Positions 43,805 to 53,956 are shown, counted from the stretch's first letter. The stretch is DNA of 64,000 nt from an uncultured Clostridia bacterium (GCA_964403285.1 CAYOFG010000004.1:17292-81291), one strand, 5' to 3'. A program made the numbers and translations. The notes: generated from the sequence alone by a model not told the origin.

Positions 43805-44623
43805 ATGGAAGGGTTCAATCCACCCAAAAAAATTGCCGAACTGGTGTCAGAAACTACCCAGGCCAAATGTAAATTATCCTGGTTTCAGTTAGTAATACTG
43901 GGAATGCTTGCCGGTGCCTATATAGGTTTTGGTGCTGAGCTTTCCACGATGGTTACTTACGATATGAGCGAACGTTTGGGAAGTGGGATGGCCAGATTTA
44001 TGGCGGGCAGTGTCTTTAGTGTGGGACTGATGTTGGTAGTCATCGGAGGAGCAGAGCTATTCACCGGGAACTGTCTGATGGCACTTGGTCTAGTTGGTGG
44101 CAAGATTCCACGGCTAAAGATGTTGAAGAATTGGTTCTGGGTTTATTTTGCCAATTTCGTCGGGTCCCTGGTATTGGTGGGAATTATGTTTGGAGCCGGG
44201 CTCTGGAAAGCGGGAGGAATGGAAGCAGGTATCAGAGCAATGGAAATTGCCTCATCCAAATGTAATCTGGGATGGTGGGAAGCCTTGTTCAGAGGAATTG
44301 GCTGTAACTGGCTGGTATGTTTAGCGGTCTGGCTGGCAATGAGCAGTAATTCGATAGTTGGTAAGATATTCGGTATCTACTTTCCGATTATGGCTTTCGT
44401 TGCTTCGGGATTTGAACACAGCATAGCCAATATGTATTTTATACCTATGGGGATTTTTCTAAAAACGACACTGGTGGCAGCCAAGTCAGGCCTGGATTTA
44501 ACAAATCTCAGCTGGGGTGGATTTTTCCTCAGGAACCTGATTCCCGTGACCATAGGGAACATAATCGGTGGAGCGTTCTTTGTCGGGATTCTGTATAGAA
44601 TAGTTTATTTGGGGAAAGAATGA
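43805..44623 (+). CDS. Formate/nitrite transporter family channel
   Basis: AGAYIGFG, GGAELFTGN, CNWLVCLAVW, FEHSIANM and GNIIGG motifs. Confidence 0.93.
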   Translation: MEGFNPPKKIAELVSETTQAKCKLSWFQLVILGMLAGAYIGFGAELSTMVTYDMSERLGSGMARFMAGSVFSVGLMLVVIGGAELFTGNCLMALGLVGGKIPRLKMLKNWFWVYFANFVGSLVLVGIMFGAGLWKAGGMEAGIRAMEIASSKCNLGWWEALFRGIGCNWLVCLAVWLAMSSNSIVGKIFGIYFPIMAFVASGFEHSIANMYFIPMGIFLKTTLVAAKSGLDLTNLSWGGFFLRNLIPVTIGNIIGGAFFVGILYRIVYLGKE

Positions 44624-45243
44624 GAGTAGTTAAAGTACCAGAAAACACAATCAATCGTATTTCTATATACTCACGTTATCTCAGGTATCTAGCAAAAAGA
44701 GGCGAGTCATTTATTACCTCCGAAAAGTTAGGTCAAAAGATGCACTTTAAGCCTACTCAAGTCCGTCGAGACTTTGCCTATTTCGGCCATTTTGGCTTTC
44801 GCGGTAAAGGCTACAGTGTGAAAAGACTTTATAAGGAACTGGAAAAGATTTTGGGATTGAACAGAAGATGGCTGGTAGTAGTTGTTGGGGCCGGGAATTT
44901 GGGGAGGGCACTTTCTGCCTACCCCGGATTTCGGGAACACGGATTTGAAATTTCAGCCATCTTTGACAACTCGCCAGCAAAAATAGGAAAGACCTGGCAG
45001 GGAGTGGAGATTTTAGATATAAAGCAGATGCCAAAAGTAATAAAAGAGAGGAAGATAAAAATTGCAATTATCGCTGTACCTTATTTTTCCGCCCAACAGG
45101 TTGCGGGAATTTTGATTCGCTCAGGGGTGAAAGCGATCCTGAACTTTGCTCCATATAAACTTGTGGTGCCGGAAGGGCTGAAATTAAAAAATATAGACTT
45201 GTCTACGGAACTACAGAGCTTGAGCTGTTTCTTGACCAAATAA
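44620..45243 (+). CDS. rex: Redox-sensing transcriptional repressor Rex
   Basis: QVRRDFAYFGHFG..GKGYSV, VVGAGNLGRAL and ILNFAP motifs. Confidence 0.95.
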   Translation: MRVVKVPENTINRISIYSRYLRYLAKRGESFITSEKLGQKMHFKPTQVRRDFAYFGHFGFRGKGYSVKRLYKELEKILGLNRRWLVVVVGAGNLGRALSAYPGFREHGFEISAIFDNSPAKIGKTWQGVEILDIKQMPKVIKERKIKIAIIAVPYFSAQQVAGILIRSGVKAILNFAPYKLVVPEGLKLKNIDLSTELQSLSCFLTK

Positions 45244-45258
45244 ATTTTAAAGATTTAC

Positions 45259-45288
45259 TTGACGCTTGCCTGGTTTATTTTGTATAAT
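45259..45288 (+). promoter_or_regulatory. Sigma70 promoter of the hydrogenase operon
   Basis: TTGACG-18 bp-TATAAT. Confidence 0.65.
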
Positions 45289-45330
45289 CCAAACTTAAAA
45301 TTTTGTAAGTTTTAAATTTTTTTATGGCAT

Positions 45331-45348
45331 TTGTGAAAAGTTTCACAA
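45331..45348. promoter_or_regulatory. Rex operator
   Basis: TTGTGAA-AAGT-TTCACAA, an exact consensus. Confidence 0.9.
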
Positions 45349-45354
45349 GGCCGC

Positions 45355-46383
45355 ATGGTTATCATTATGAAATTTTACATAAATAAAACGGATTGGGAAA
45401 AATTTCTGGGACAGATTTCAAAAACTTATCATATTTATGCTCCCCAAGAGGTATATGGCGAACTTGCCTATCAGCTTTTGTCTCCAGAAAATGTTAGCCA
45501 GGCCATTTATGATACTTACCGGGCAGTCCAGCCTTTAAAGACCTTCTTCTCTTTACCGCAGGAAAAGGTGACAGTGGTTACTCCGCAGGCGGAGAAAACG
45601 ATAGTTCTGGGAGTTAAGAACTGTGACCTTAAAGCGGTTTCAGTTATGGATAAGATTTTTCTGGAAGGGGAATTTGTGGATCCTTTTTATAAACAGAGAA
45701 GAGAGACTACCCTTATTGTTTCCTCCGATTGTTATCAACCAAAGGATACGTGTTTTTGTGCTTTGCTAGACAATAATCCTTTTCCGGAAGGAGGGTTTGA
45801 TCTCAACCTCTCTCCGATAGATAATGGTTTTCTCATGGAAGTGGGTTCATCAAAGGGGGAAAGCTTTATCGCTCCTATGAGAGAAGATTTGAAAGAAGCA
45901 ACTCCTGACTTAATAGAGAAGAGAGAAAAGAAGAGAAAAACGGCGAAGCAAAGAGTGATAGAGGTGAACAGGGAATTCAGGACGGAGAGACCCTTCCCCA
46001 CTGTTGTAAAGGAAGAATATGCTTCGCCTGAGTGGGAAGAGGCAGCCAAAACCTGCGTGGAATGTGGAGCCTGCACCAACATATGTCCTTCCTGTTACTG
46101 TTTTCTCCTTGTGGATACAAAAGATGAGGGTAAATTTCCCAAAGTTAAGTTTTGGGATTCCTGCCAGCATACTGGCTTTGCCCGGGTCGCTGCGGGTGTC
46201 AATCCCCGGGCAAAATTATATGAAAGGTTGAGGAATAGATATTTGTGCAAGTATGAGTACAGGCCAGAAAATTTTGGAATTGTGGCCTGTACTGGTTGTG
46301 GTCGCTGCGTGGAAGCCTGCCAGGGAAAAATAGACAAAAGGGAAGTAATAAAGAAATTAGAAGAAAGCAAGGTGGAAACGTGA
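45355..46383 (+). CDS. AsrA/sulfhydrogenase-beta-like 4Fe-4S subunit
   Basis: GVKNCD, C..TCFC, CVECGACTNICPSCYCF and CTGCGRCVEAC motifs. Confidence 0.85.
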   Translation: MVIIMKFYINKTDWEKFLGQISKTYHIYAPQEVYGELAYQLLSPENVSQAIYDTYRAVQPLKTFFSLPQEKVTVVTPQAEKTIVLGVKNCDLKAVSVMDKIFLEGEFVDPFYKQRRETTLIVSSDCYQPKDTCFCALLDNNPFPEGGFDLNLSPIDNGFLMEVGSSKGESFIAPMREDLKEATPDLIEKREKKRKTAKQRVIEVNREFRTERPFPTVVKEEYASPEWEEAAKTCVECGACTNICPSCYCFLLVDTKDEGKFPKVKFWDSCQHTGFARVAAGVNPRAKLYERLRNRYLCKYEYRPENFGIVACTGCGRCVEACQGKIDKREVIKKLEESKVET

Positions 46384-47202
46384 ATGGTAGAGAACCCCTA
46401 TTTACCTATTGAAGCTAAAGTTGAGAAGATTATTGACGAGACTCCTAATATAAAGACTTTTGTGTTGAAGCCGAGCCGAAAAGTCAAATTCGAAACTGGC
46501 CAATTTATTCAACTGAGTATATCTGGTATTGGCGAGGCACCCTTTACTCCCTCCTCTTCTCCCTACCAGACTGAAAAAATAGAAGTAACCATAATGAAGG
46601 CCGGACTTCTGACCGGCAAATTGCATGAGATAAGAGAAGGAGAAATAGTAGGCATCCGCGGGCCTTATGGTCAGGGATATCCTTTTGATGATTTCTACAA
46701 TAAGGAAGTTCTAATTCTGGGTGGAGGAGTGGGCATGGCACCACTCAGGTCTTTGCTGCTTACGCTTCTGGAAAATGTTGATAAGTTCAAACGGATGGTT
46801 CTCTGTTATGGAGCGAAGAGTCCTGAGGATATAGTTTATAAGTATGCCTTTCCTGAATGGCAGAAAAAAAGGAAATTGGAAATCTTGAGAAGTGTGGATA
46901 AAGCAGCTCCTGGATGGAGTGAAACCGAAGGATTGGTGACTGTGCTTCTTGACAAAATCGAGATGGATTTAAGAAATTCTGTAGGTATAGTTTGTGGACC
47001 TCCCATTATGATGAAATTCGGGACGCTAAAGCTCCTGGATTTAGGATACAAACCTGAGAGTATCTATCTTTCTATGGAGAAAAATATGTCTTGCGGTCTG
47101 GGTAAATGTGGACACTGTGCACTGGGTAAATATTATGTTTGTAAAGATGGTCCGGTTTTCAGATACGATCTGATAAAGGATGTCCCGGATATCTGGTTGT
47201 AG
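46384..47202 (+). CDS. AsrB/sulfhydrogenase-gamma-like FAD/NAD(P)-binding 2Fe-2S subunit
   Basis: GQFIQL, GEAPF, GPYG, GGGVGMAPL, CGPPIMM, MSCGLGKCGHC and CKDGPVF motifs. Confidence 0.88.
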   Translation: MVENPYLPIEAKVEKIIDETPNIKTFVLKPSRKVKFETGQFIQLSISGIGEAPFTPSSSPYQTEKIEVTIMKAGLLTGKLHEIREGEIVGIRGPYGQGYPFDDFYNKEVLILGGGVGMAPLRSLLLTLLENVDKFKRMVLCYGAKSPEDIVYKYAFPEWQKKRKLEILRSVDKAAPGWSETEGLVTVLLDKIEMDLRNSVGIVCGPPIMMKFGTLKLLDLGYKPESIYLSMEKNMSCGLGKCGHCALGKYYVCKDGPVFRYDLIKDVPDIWL

Positions 47203-47508
47203 CTCGGGATTTGGTTCACTCGCTAACAATTTTTTGCTCTTTGAGCACCGCCAAAAATCTCTGTAGCTGCAGAGCGATAGCTCTGCGTCAGTGTAGGGGT
47301 GATCCCGATATATCGGGATGGTCGCCCGAAGGAGGGACGGCACAGAGTCCGTCCCCTACAGAGAAAGCAAAGCTTACGCTTTGCGGCTAGAATCTTCGAT
47401 TTTTGGCTAAAAATTCTAATGCTCGCTACACCAAATCCCTCACATTAAGGGATAGTTTGTCCTCGTTGTTTGGCTGGAATTCCACAAGCTTTTCACAGAC
47501 TATCTTTT
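47202..47508. repeat. Composite fold-back element family E' carrying GTAG-type REP hairpins
   Basis: Same scaffold as 22663-23013; the centre holds a D' hairpin (47263-47286) and a family C doublet (47293-47359). Confidence 0.85.
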
Positions 47509-47523
47509 GAAGATTGAAACAAG

Positions 47524-47997
47524 ATGAAAAAATTGTTTATTGATTTGGAAGGATGTTCTAAATGTAAAGACTGCACGGTCTCCTGCAGTTATTTCTACCA
47601 TCCTGACAATAATGGAGTAACCAATCTAAGGGAGTTGGCACATCTTGCTCTAATCTGCAGGCATTGTGAGGAAGCTCCCTGCGTTAAAGTCTGCCCGAAA
47701 GAAGCACTGGAAAAGCAGAAGGACGGAGTATTGAAAAGATATAATATGCGTTGCGTAGCGTGCAGGTCTTGCATGGTAGCTTGCCCTTTTGGAACGATTT
47801 ATCCAGAAACTATTCCCTACCTCGTTTCCAGTTGCGATTATTGTTTAGATCGGGCAGATGGAAAACCTCCTCTTTGTGTAGAGGACTGTCCGGAGAAGGC
47901 GATTAGATACGAAGAAGTTGAACAAGACTCAAAAAAGAACTATTTTGCTGTGGGAAAGAATCTAGTAGTCCACTATATTCCCTGGGAAAGAGAGTAA
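47524..47997 (+). CDS. 4Fe-4S dicluster protein (HycB-like)
   Basis: CSKCKDC, CRHCEEAPCVKVCP, CVACRSCMVACP and CDYC motifs. Confidence 0.85.
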   Translation: MKKLFIDLEGCSKCKDCTVSCSYFYHPDNNGVTNLRELAHLALICRHCEEAPCVKVCPKEALEKQKDGVLKRYNMRCVACRSCMVACPFGTIYPETIPYLVSSCDYCLDRADGKPPLCVEDCPEKAIRYEEVEQDSKKNYFAVGKNLVVHYIPWERE

Positions 47998-47999
47998 GA

Positions 48000-48929
48000 A
48001 TGGCAAAGACTCTATTTTACTTTATAGTATTTCCTGGGTTTTTGTTTACCGCATTGATAGGCTTGTTAGTTAGTTGGATTGACCGAAAGGTGACTGCCCG
48101 GGTGCAGTGGCGAGTAGGGCCGCCGATACTGCAACCCTTTTACGATTTTGTAAAGCTTTTGGGTAAGGAGACAATTGCTCCTCAAGCCGGCTCGAAATTG
48201 ACCTTTCTTTTTTCCCCGATTTTTGGATTAGCTGCAGTGACTATTGTTTCCACTATACTTTGGCTGGTGATGATTTCACCAGAGAAGACTTTTCTGGGAG
48301 ACTTGATTGTAGTTATTTATCTTTTGACAATTCCGTCCATAAGCATAATTATAGGTGGCTTCGCTTCGGGGAATCCCCTGGCTTCTTTAGGCGCTTCCCG
48401 GGAGATGAAAATGGTTTTAGCGTACGAGCTACCCTTCATTCTGGCTATTTTCACTCCCGTTATTAAAGCGCAAGGCATAATCAGGCTTGGCGATTTACTG
48501 CAATATCAATGGGCAAATAGTATCTTCCTCAATTCCTGGTCTGGATTTATTGCCTTTGTTGTGGCAATAATCTGTATGCAGGCAAAACTGGCTTTAGTCC
48601 CCTTTGACATTCCCGAGGCAGAAACAGAGATAATTGCCGGCCCATATATTGAATATTCTGGAGCTCCTTTGGCCCTTCACAAACTTACTCGCTGGATGAT
48701 GTTGTTTGTGGTCCCAATCTTTTTGGTAGTTATGTTTATGGGGGGCATTCTATTCTCCGGCTGGCATATTTTATGGGGCATACTAAAATACGTTCTCCTC
48801 TTGGTGATTATTATTCTAATACGTAATACTAATCCCCGACTTCGTATTGACCAGGCTATAAAGTTTTTCTGGGGACCGATGACAATCTTGGCAGTTATAG
48901 GCGTAATTCTTGCATTTTTGGGGATATAA
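48000..48929 (+). CDS. NuoH/MbhM-like membrane subunit
   Basis: DRKVTARVQWRVGPP, DFVKLLGKE and PFDIPEAETE motifs. Confidence 0.9.
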   Translation: MAKTLFYFIVFPGFLFTALIGLLVSWIDRKVTARVQWRVGPPILQPFYDFVKLLGKETIAPQAGSKLTFLFSPIFGLAAVTIVSTILWLVMISPEKTFLGDLIVVIYLLTIPSISIIIGGFASGNPLASLGASREMKMVLAYELPFILAIFTPVIKAQGIIRLGDLLQYQWANSIFLNSWSGFIAFVVAIICMQAKLALVPFDIPEAETEIIAGPYIEYSGAPLALHKLTRWMMLFVVPIFLVVMFMGGILFSGWHILWGILKYVLLLVIIILIRNTNPRLRIDQAIKFFWGPMTILAVIGVILAFLGI

Positions 48930-48931
48930 GT

Positions 48932-49354
48932 ATGGACCTTAAGACAAAGGCATTAACTAAATCCATATGGGTCTTCCATTTTGCAGCCGCTTCTTGTAAT
49001 AACTGTGATATAGAAATTCTCGATGCTCTAACTCCTAAGTTTGATCTGGAAAGGTTCGGTATTCTTTTGGTGGGAAGTATTCGTCATGCTGATGTTATCC
49101 TGGCTACGGGTGCAATTTCGCACAAAGCAGCAGTGAGGTTAAAAAGACTCTATGAGCAGGCTCCCCAACCCTGTCTGGTTGTGGCAGTCGGTTCCTGCGC
49201 CTGTTCAATGTGTATATTCCGGGATTCTTATAACATGGCTGGACCTTTTGATGGACTTGTTCCTGTTCATGTATATATCCCCGGTTGCCCACCAAAACCA
49301 GAAGCAATAATTATGGGAGTAGTCAAACTGGTTAAGGCATTAAAGAAAGGTTGA
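48932..49354 (+). CDS. Group 4 [NiFe]-hydrogenase small subunit
   Basis: SCNNCDIE, AVGSCAC and YIPGCPPKPE motifs. Confidence 0.9.
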   Translation: MDLKTKALTKSIWVFHFAAASCNNCDIEILDALTPKFDLERFGILLVGSIRHADVILATGAISHKAAVRLKRLYEQAPQPCLVVAVGSCACSMCIFRDSYNMAGPFDGLVPVHVYIPGCPPKPEAIIMGVVKLVKALKKG

Positions 49355-49355
49355 T

Positions 49356-49787
49356 TTGATGGCAGAAGAAATTTTGGCAAGAATAAAAGATGAATTCTCT
49401 AAAAAGATTCTTAAAGTTTTTGAGAAGTCTCGTCGTCGAATATATATTGACTTTGACTCAAAGGATATACCCCAAGTGGTAAGTTTCCTATTCCGGGAAA
49501 TGGGAGGACGATTAGCTACTGCCACGGGAATAGATGCCCGGAAGAATATAGAAATACTCTACCACTTTTCCTTTGATAGTTCAGGAACAATCGTTTCTCT
49601 ACGCACTCTGATTGATAAAAACAATCCTGAAATAGAATCAGTAACTCCCATAGTAAAAGGAGCGGAATGGATAGAAAGAGAGATACACGAACTTTTGGGA
49701 GTGAATTTCAGGAATCATCCCAACTTGAAAAGGCTACTCTTATTTGAAGATTGGCCTGAAGGCAAGTATCCTCTCAGGAGAGAATAG
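49356..49787 (+). CDS. NuoC/MbhK-like subunit
   Basis: EILYHF, WIEREIHELLGVNF.NHP and YPLR motifs. Confidence 0.88.
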   Translation: MMAEEILARIKDEFSKKILKVFEKSRRRIYIDFDSKDIPQVVSFLFREMGGRLATATGIDARKNIEILYHFSFDSSGTIVSLRTLIDKNNPEIESVTPIVKGAEWIEREIHELLGVNFRNHPNLKRLLLFEDWPEGKYPLRRE

Positions 49788-50986
49788 TGGCTAAGACAAT
49801 TATTCCTGTGGGCCCATACCATCCTTTGCAAGAAGAGCCAGAATTTTTCAAACTGCTTGTGGAAGGCGAAAAAGTCCTCGACCTGGAGATAGAGATAGGA
49901 TATAATCACCGGGGAATTGAGAAAATTGCTGAGTCAAAGAGCTATGACCAGGTAGTTTTCTTGGTGGAGCGTGTTTGTGGTATCTGCTCCACATCACACC
50001 CCATTGCCTGTGTAAATGCACTGGAAGATTTAGCCGATATTAAAGTCCCTGAGCGGGCACTATATATTCGAAGTATTATTGCTGAACTGGAAAGGCTCCA
50101 TTCGCATCTACTCTGGCTGGGTTTGGCTGGCCACTTCATAGGTTATAATACAGTATGGATGTGGGCGTGGAAATATCGGGAGCCTGTTCTGGACATTTGT
50201 GAAAGAATTTCAGGCAATCGTAACCATTATGCAATGATGAAAGCAGGCGGTGTCAGAAGAGATATTGACAATAATGATATTCCGCACATAATGAAAATGG
50301 TAGATAATTTACTACCCGGGCTCGATTTGTTTATGGGGGCAGTAATGGACGACCCGGTAATTGCTCTCAGAACAAAAGGAGTGGGGGTTTTGACCAAGAA
50401 GGATGTAATTGAGTATGGAGCGCTTGGTCCCACTGCTCGGGCTTCAGGTGTAGCAATAGACGTTAGAAAAGATGAACCCTATGCTGCCTATCCTCTGGTG
50501 GAATGGAAATTAATAACGCGGGAAGAAGGAGATGTCTTTGCCAAGATTGTGGTTCGTGTACTGGAAATGTATGAGGCAGTGAAGATTATCAAGCAGTGCT
50601 TGGAGAAGTTGAAAATAGTTGGTGGGGAGATAGATGCTAAAGTTAAAGAGATTCCTCCTGGCGAGGGGATTGGCAGAGGCGAGGCACCTCGGGGAGAAGT
50701 ACTCCATTATATCAGAAGTGACGGAAGTAACCGACCAGTAAGATATAAAATAAGGGCTCCCAGTTATATGAACGTTCCCACTAATCAGAAATCTGTAGTT
50801 GGGGGAACTATTTCCGATGCCACAATAACCCTGGCTGCTGTAGACCCGTGCTACTGTTGTACTGAAAGAGTAGCAGTTGTTGATAGGAAGACCGGAAAGA
50901 AAGGGTTGACCGGTAAAGAGTTGATAAAGTTATCACAAGAAAAGACTTTAAGACTTAAGAGGGATATTGGTATGATGAAGGGATAG
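49787..50986 (+). CDS. Group 4 [NiFe]-hydrogenase large subunit
   Basis: GYNHRGIEK, L1 ERVCGICSTSH, EAPRGE, L2 DPCYCCTER followed by a cleavable C-terminal extension; HycI-type protease in the operon. Confidence 0.92.
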   Translation: MAKTIIPVGPYHPLQEEPEFFKLLVEGEKVLDLEIEIGYNHRGIEKIAESKSYDQVVFLVERVCGICSTSHPIACVNALEDLADIKVPERALYIRSIIAELERLHSHLLWLGLAGHFIGYNTVWMWAWKYREPVLDICERISGNRNHYAMMKAGGVRRDIDNNDIPHIMKMVDNLLPGLDLFMGAVMDDPVIALRTKGVGVLTKKDVIEYGALGPTARASGVAIDVRKDEPYAAYPLVEWKLITREEGDVFAKIVVRVLEMYEAVKIIKQCLEKLKIVGGEIDAKVKEIPPGEGIGRGEAPRGEVLHYIRSDGSNRPVRYKIRAPSYMNVPTNQKSVVGGTISDATITLAAVDPCYCCTERVAVVDRKTGKKGLTGKELIKLSQEKTLRLKRDIGMMKG

Positions 50987-51007
50987 TTTTCGGAGTCGCT
51001 CGGTCAG

Positions 51008-51089
51008 ATGTCATTGCGAGGCGAAGCCGCGGCAATCTCGAGAATAAATCTACGAGATTGCTTCGTCGCTTCCGCTCCTCGCAACGACG
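51008..51089. repeat. Palindromic repeat family A, copy 3
   Basis: ATGTCATTGCGAG...GCAATCTCG...CGAGATTGCTTCG...CTCGCAACGAC. Confidence 0.8.
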
Positions 51090-51140
51090 CGGATTTGAAG
51101 CTCCTGCAACTATGCCTTCATCCTAAGAGAAGTGGAGAGA

Positions 51141-52955
51141 ATGAATTTGTTGCTATATTTGATTATTATTCCATTTGTAGTGGGACTATTCTGCTTGCTG
51201 GTTCCCAAAAAGTTAAGTAAGATTAGAGAGTGGTTGGCCATAGGTGGTGGATTAGCGACTCTATATTTCGCTATAATCGGTTTTCTTAGTAAGCCTGTTG
51301 AGTGGTTTTATTATAATCTACTCCTTTTGAAAGTTGACAATCTTAGTGGATTTATTCTTTTAGCTATCGGTCTTTTTGGGGTTTTGATTGTTCTTTATTC
51401 ACTAAAGTTTATGGCAGGGAGGGAGCGCCTGAATGAATATTATGCTTATCTTCTCTGGACAATCGGTGGAGCTTGTGGAGCAATTTTAGCAAATAATTTG
51501 GTGCTCCTTCTTGCTTTCTGGGGATTTCTCGGCTTGACCCTGTATCTACTTATTGGCATAGGTGGGCCAGAGGCTACTCCAGCAGCAAAGAAGACATTTA
51601 TTATTGTCGGTGGCTCTGATTGTCTGATGATTTTGGGAATTGGCATTGTTTGGCTTTTGACTGGTTCTTTCCAGATGGACAAAATTAGTGTGTCCTTAAT
51701 GGGTACGTTACCCACAATTGCATTCATATCGTTAGCTATTGCTTCCTTTGCCAAAGCTGGAGTGATGCCCATGCATACCTGGATTCCAGATATGGCAATG
51801 ACTGCACCCGTGAGTATAACCGGGTTCCTGCCTGGCTCTTTGGATAAATTATTGGGAATCTACTTTCTTGCTAGAATATCAATCGATATTTTCGTTATGA
51901 ATAACCCGATGGGGAAGTTACTTTTGATTATTGGCGCGGTAACGATTGTTGGTGGGGTTATGATGGCTCTCGTTCAGCATGATTTGAAGAGGTTACTTTC
52001 CTACCATGCGGTAAGCCAGGCTGGTTATATGGTCTTAGGCATAGGCACGGGAAATCCTATTGGGATTGCTGGTGGGCTGTTTCATATGTTAAATAATGCT
52101 ATTTATAAATTTGGTCTATTTCTCTCTGGAGGAGCGGTAGAAAATAAGGCTCGCACTACAGATTTGGATAGATTGGGTGGCCTGGCTAAACTGATGCCTG
52201 TCACTTTCATTACCTGTTTGATTGCTGCATTGTCAATTTCTGGCGTGCCACCTTTTAATGGCTTTGTTTCCAAGTGGATGGTTTACCAGGGAGTGATAGA
52301 ACTGGGCAAAGGCGGCGATAAGTTATGGATTGTCTGGTTGGTAGCAGCAATGTTTGGTAGTGCTTTAACATTGGCTAGTTTTATGAAATTGATGCACTGT
52401 GTATTTTTGGGTTCCCCATCAGCGACTACTCAATCGTCGGGCGCAAAACGAAACGAAGTCTCATTTGTTATGTGGCTTCCTATGGTAATACTGGCAGTAT
52501 TATGTATAACTTTTGGCGTTTTTACATATAGCGTTCCTTTGAAAAATTTTATTCTCTCCGCAGTTCCCGGAGTTTCTTTCCTTGGTTTCTGGTCGCCAGG
52601 CCTCGCTACTCTACTGATTATTATGGGAATAATTTTGGGAATAATTATTTACTTCATAGGTAATATGAAGGGTGTGCGGTTAGATACTACTTATGTCGGC
52701 GGCGAGATAATTTCCCGGGATAGCCGTGTAAGTGGGGTGGAGTTCTATGATACGATAAGGGATCTGGGAACGTTTAAGGAAATTTATAGACAGGCGGAAA
52801 AGAAACTTTTTGATATTTATGATTGGGGTGCAAAATTTATCTTTTTCCTTATTCGCGGATTAAGAAGAATCCATAGTGGAGCGTTGCCTACATATCTGTT
52901 TTGGTCTCTTTTTGGTATGTTGATTCTTTTTATAATTATGATGTTGAGGATTTAG
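51141..52955 (+). CDS. NuoL/MrpA/D-like ion-translocating membrane subunit
   Basis: AKAGVMPMHTWIPD, QHDLKRLLSYH, HMLNNAIYK and GVPPFNGFVSKW motifs. Confidence 0.88.
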   Translation: MNLLLYLIIIPFVVGLFCLLVPKKLSKIREWLAIGGGLATLYFAIIGFLSKPVEWFYYNLLLLKVDNLSGFILLAIGLFGVLIVLYSLKFMAGRERLNEYYAYLLWTIGGACGAILANNLVLLLAFWGFLGLTLYLLIGIGGPEATPAAKKTFIIVGGSDCLMILGIGIVWLLTGSFQMDKISVSLMGTLPTIAFISLAIASFAKAGVMPMHTWIPDMAMTAPVSITGFLPGSLDKLLGIYFLARISIDIFVMNNPMGKLLLIIGAVTIVGGVMMALVQHDLKRLLSYHAVSQAGYMVLGIGTGNPIGIAGGLFHMLNNAIYKFGLFLSGGAVENKARTTDLDRLGGLAKLMPVTFITCLIAALSISGVPPFNGFVSKWMVYQGVIELGKGGDKLWIVWLVAAMFGSALTLASFMKLMHCVFLGSPSATTQSSGAKRNEVSFVMWLPMVILAVLCITFGVFTYSVPLKNFILSAVPGVSFLGFWSPGLATLLIIMGIILGIIIYFIGNMKGVRLDTTYVGGEIISRDSRVSGVEFYDTIRDLGTFKEIYRQAEKKLFDIYDWGAKFIFFLIRGLRRIHSGALPTYLFWSLFGMLILFIIMMLRI

Positions 52956-52959
52956 GATT

Positions 52960-53508
52960 ATGTTTGAATTATACGTTCTTCTATTATTTATGATCCTGGG
53001 AGCAATAATTGCTGTGGAGATAAAGGATCTGCTCTCTTCAGTAGTCGCTGTTGGTGCAGTAGGCTTGGGGTTATCCGTTGCTTTCTTGATTTTAAAAGCG
53101 CCTGATTTGGCTATCACCCAGTTGGTTGTGGAGATATTGTGTCTAATCATCTTAATTCGGGCAACAATAAGGAGAGATATCCCCCCACAAGAGCGAGGCA
53201 AAGAAGTTGTTGGCTCGATTATGGTTCTTTTGTTCATTGGAGGCTTTCTATTTTTTGCTTACCGCGCTTTGAAAGATTTACCATCGTTCGGGCATCCGAT
53301 AATGAGGGTTAGCCAGAATTATCTGGCTGAGGGATTGAAAAAGACAGGCGCAACCAATCTGGTTGCTTCAGTGATATTAGATTTCCGTGCCTACGATACT
53401 TTAGGCGAAGCAACTATACTTTTTACTGCGGTGGTTGGAGTCTTGGTGGTTTTACGCCGGGTTGGGCGTAAGAAAGTCGATGAGCCTGTGGAAAAGGAAA
53501 ATGAATAA
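52960..53508 (+). CDS. MrpA C-terminal/DUF4040-MnhB-like membrane subunit
   Basis: KAPDLAITQ, NLVASVILDFRAYDTLGEATIL motifs. Confidence 0.85.
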   Translation: MFELYVLLLFMILGAIIAVEIKDLLSSVVAVGAVGLGLSVAFLILKAPDLAITQLVVEILCLIILIRATIRRDIPPQERGKEVVGSIMVLLFIGGFLFFAYRALKDLPSFGHPIMRVSQNYLAEGLKKTGATNLVASVILDFRAYDTLGEATILFTAVVGVLVVLRRVGRKKVDEPVEKENE

Positions 53509-53953
53509 AAAAACTAAAGAGCCAGGTATGACCCTGATTGTTAAGACGATTACACGCCTTACAGTAGGGTTAATTCTTCTATATGGAATATATATCGTCA
53601 CCCATGGTCACCTTTCGCCAGGGGGTGGCTTTGCCGGCGGGGTAATTATAGCTTTATCTTTTATACATCTTATGCTCGCCTTTGGCAAAGATTTGGCATT
53701 AAAAAAATTGAGTGAAAGTTTAGCTTCTTTCTTTGAAAGCTTTGGGGCGATAATGTTTTTGACCATTGGACTTCTGGGTTTTATAGGAGGATATTTCTTC
53801 TTTAATTTCTTTTCCAAGGGTAAACCGTTTAATCTTTTTAGTGCAGGGATTATTCCCTTGTGTAATATTGCTATATGTCTTAAAGTCGGCGTGGGGTTAT
53901 TTGCCGTGTTTGTTGCTTTAATCCTTTTAGAGATACCTACTAAGAAAGAGTAA
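53501..53953 (+). CDS. mrpB: MnhB/MrpB-like subunit (probable start 53501)
   Basis: HGHLSPGGGFAGG and NIAICLKV motifs. Confidence 0.85.
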   Translation: MNKKTKEPGMTLIVKTITRLTVGLILLYGIYIVTHGHLSPGGGFAGGVIIALSFIHLMLAFGKDLALKKLSESLASFFESFGAIMFLTIGLLGFIGGYFFFNFFSKGKPFNLFSAGIIPLCNIAICLKVGVGLFAVFVALILLEIPTKKE

Positions 53954-53956
53954 CTG

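Noticed and set aside
46381-46386. In-frame TGA-ATG between AsrA-like and AsrB-like genes as Sec or readthrough fusion
   Set aside because: The TGA is not at a Cys position, no convincing SECIS hairpin follows, and the downstream gene has its own SD-like GGTGG.
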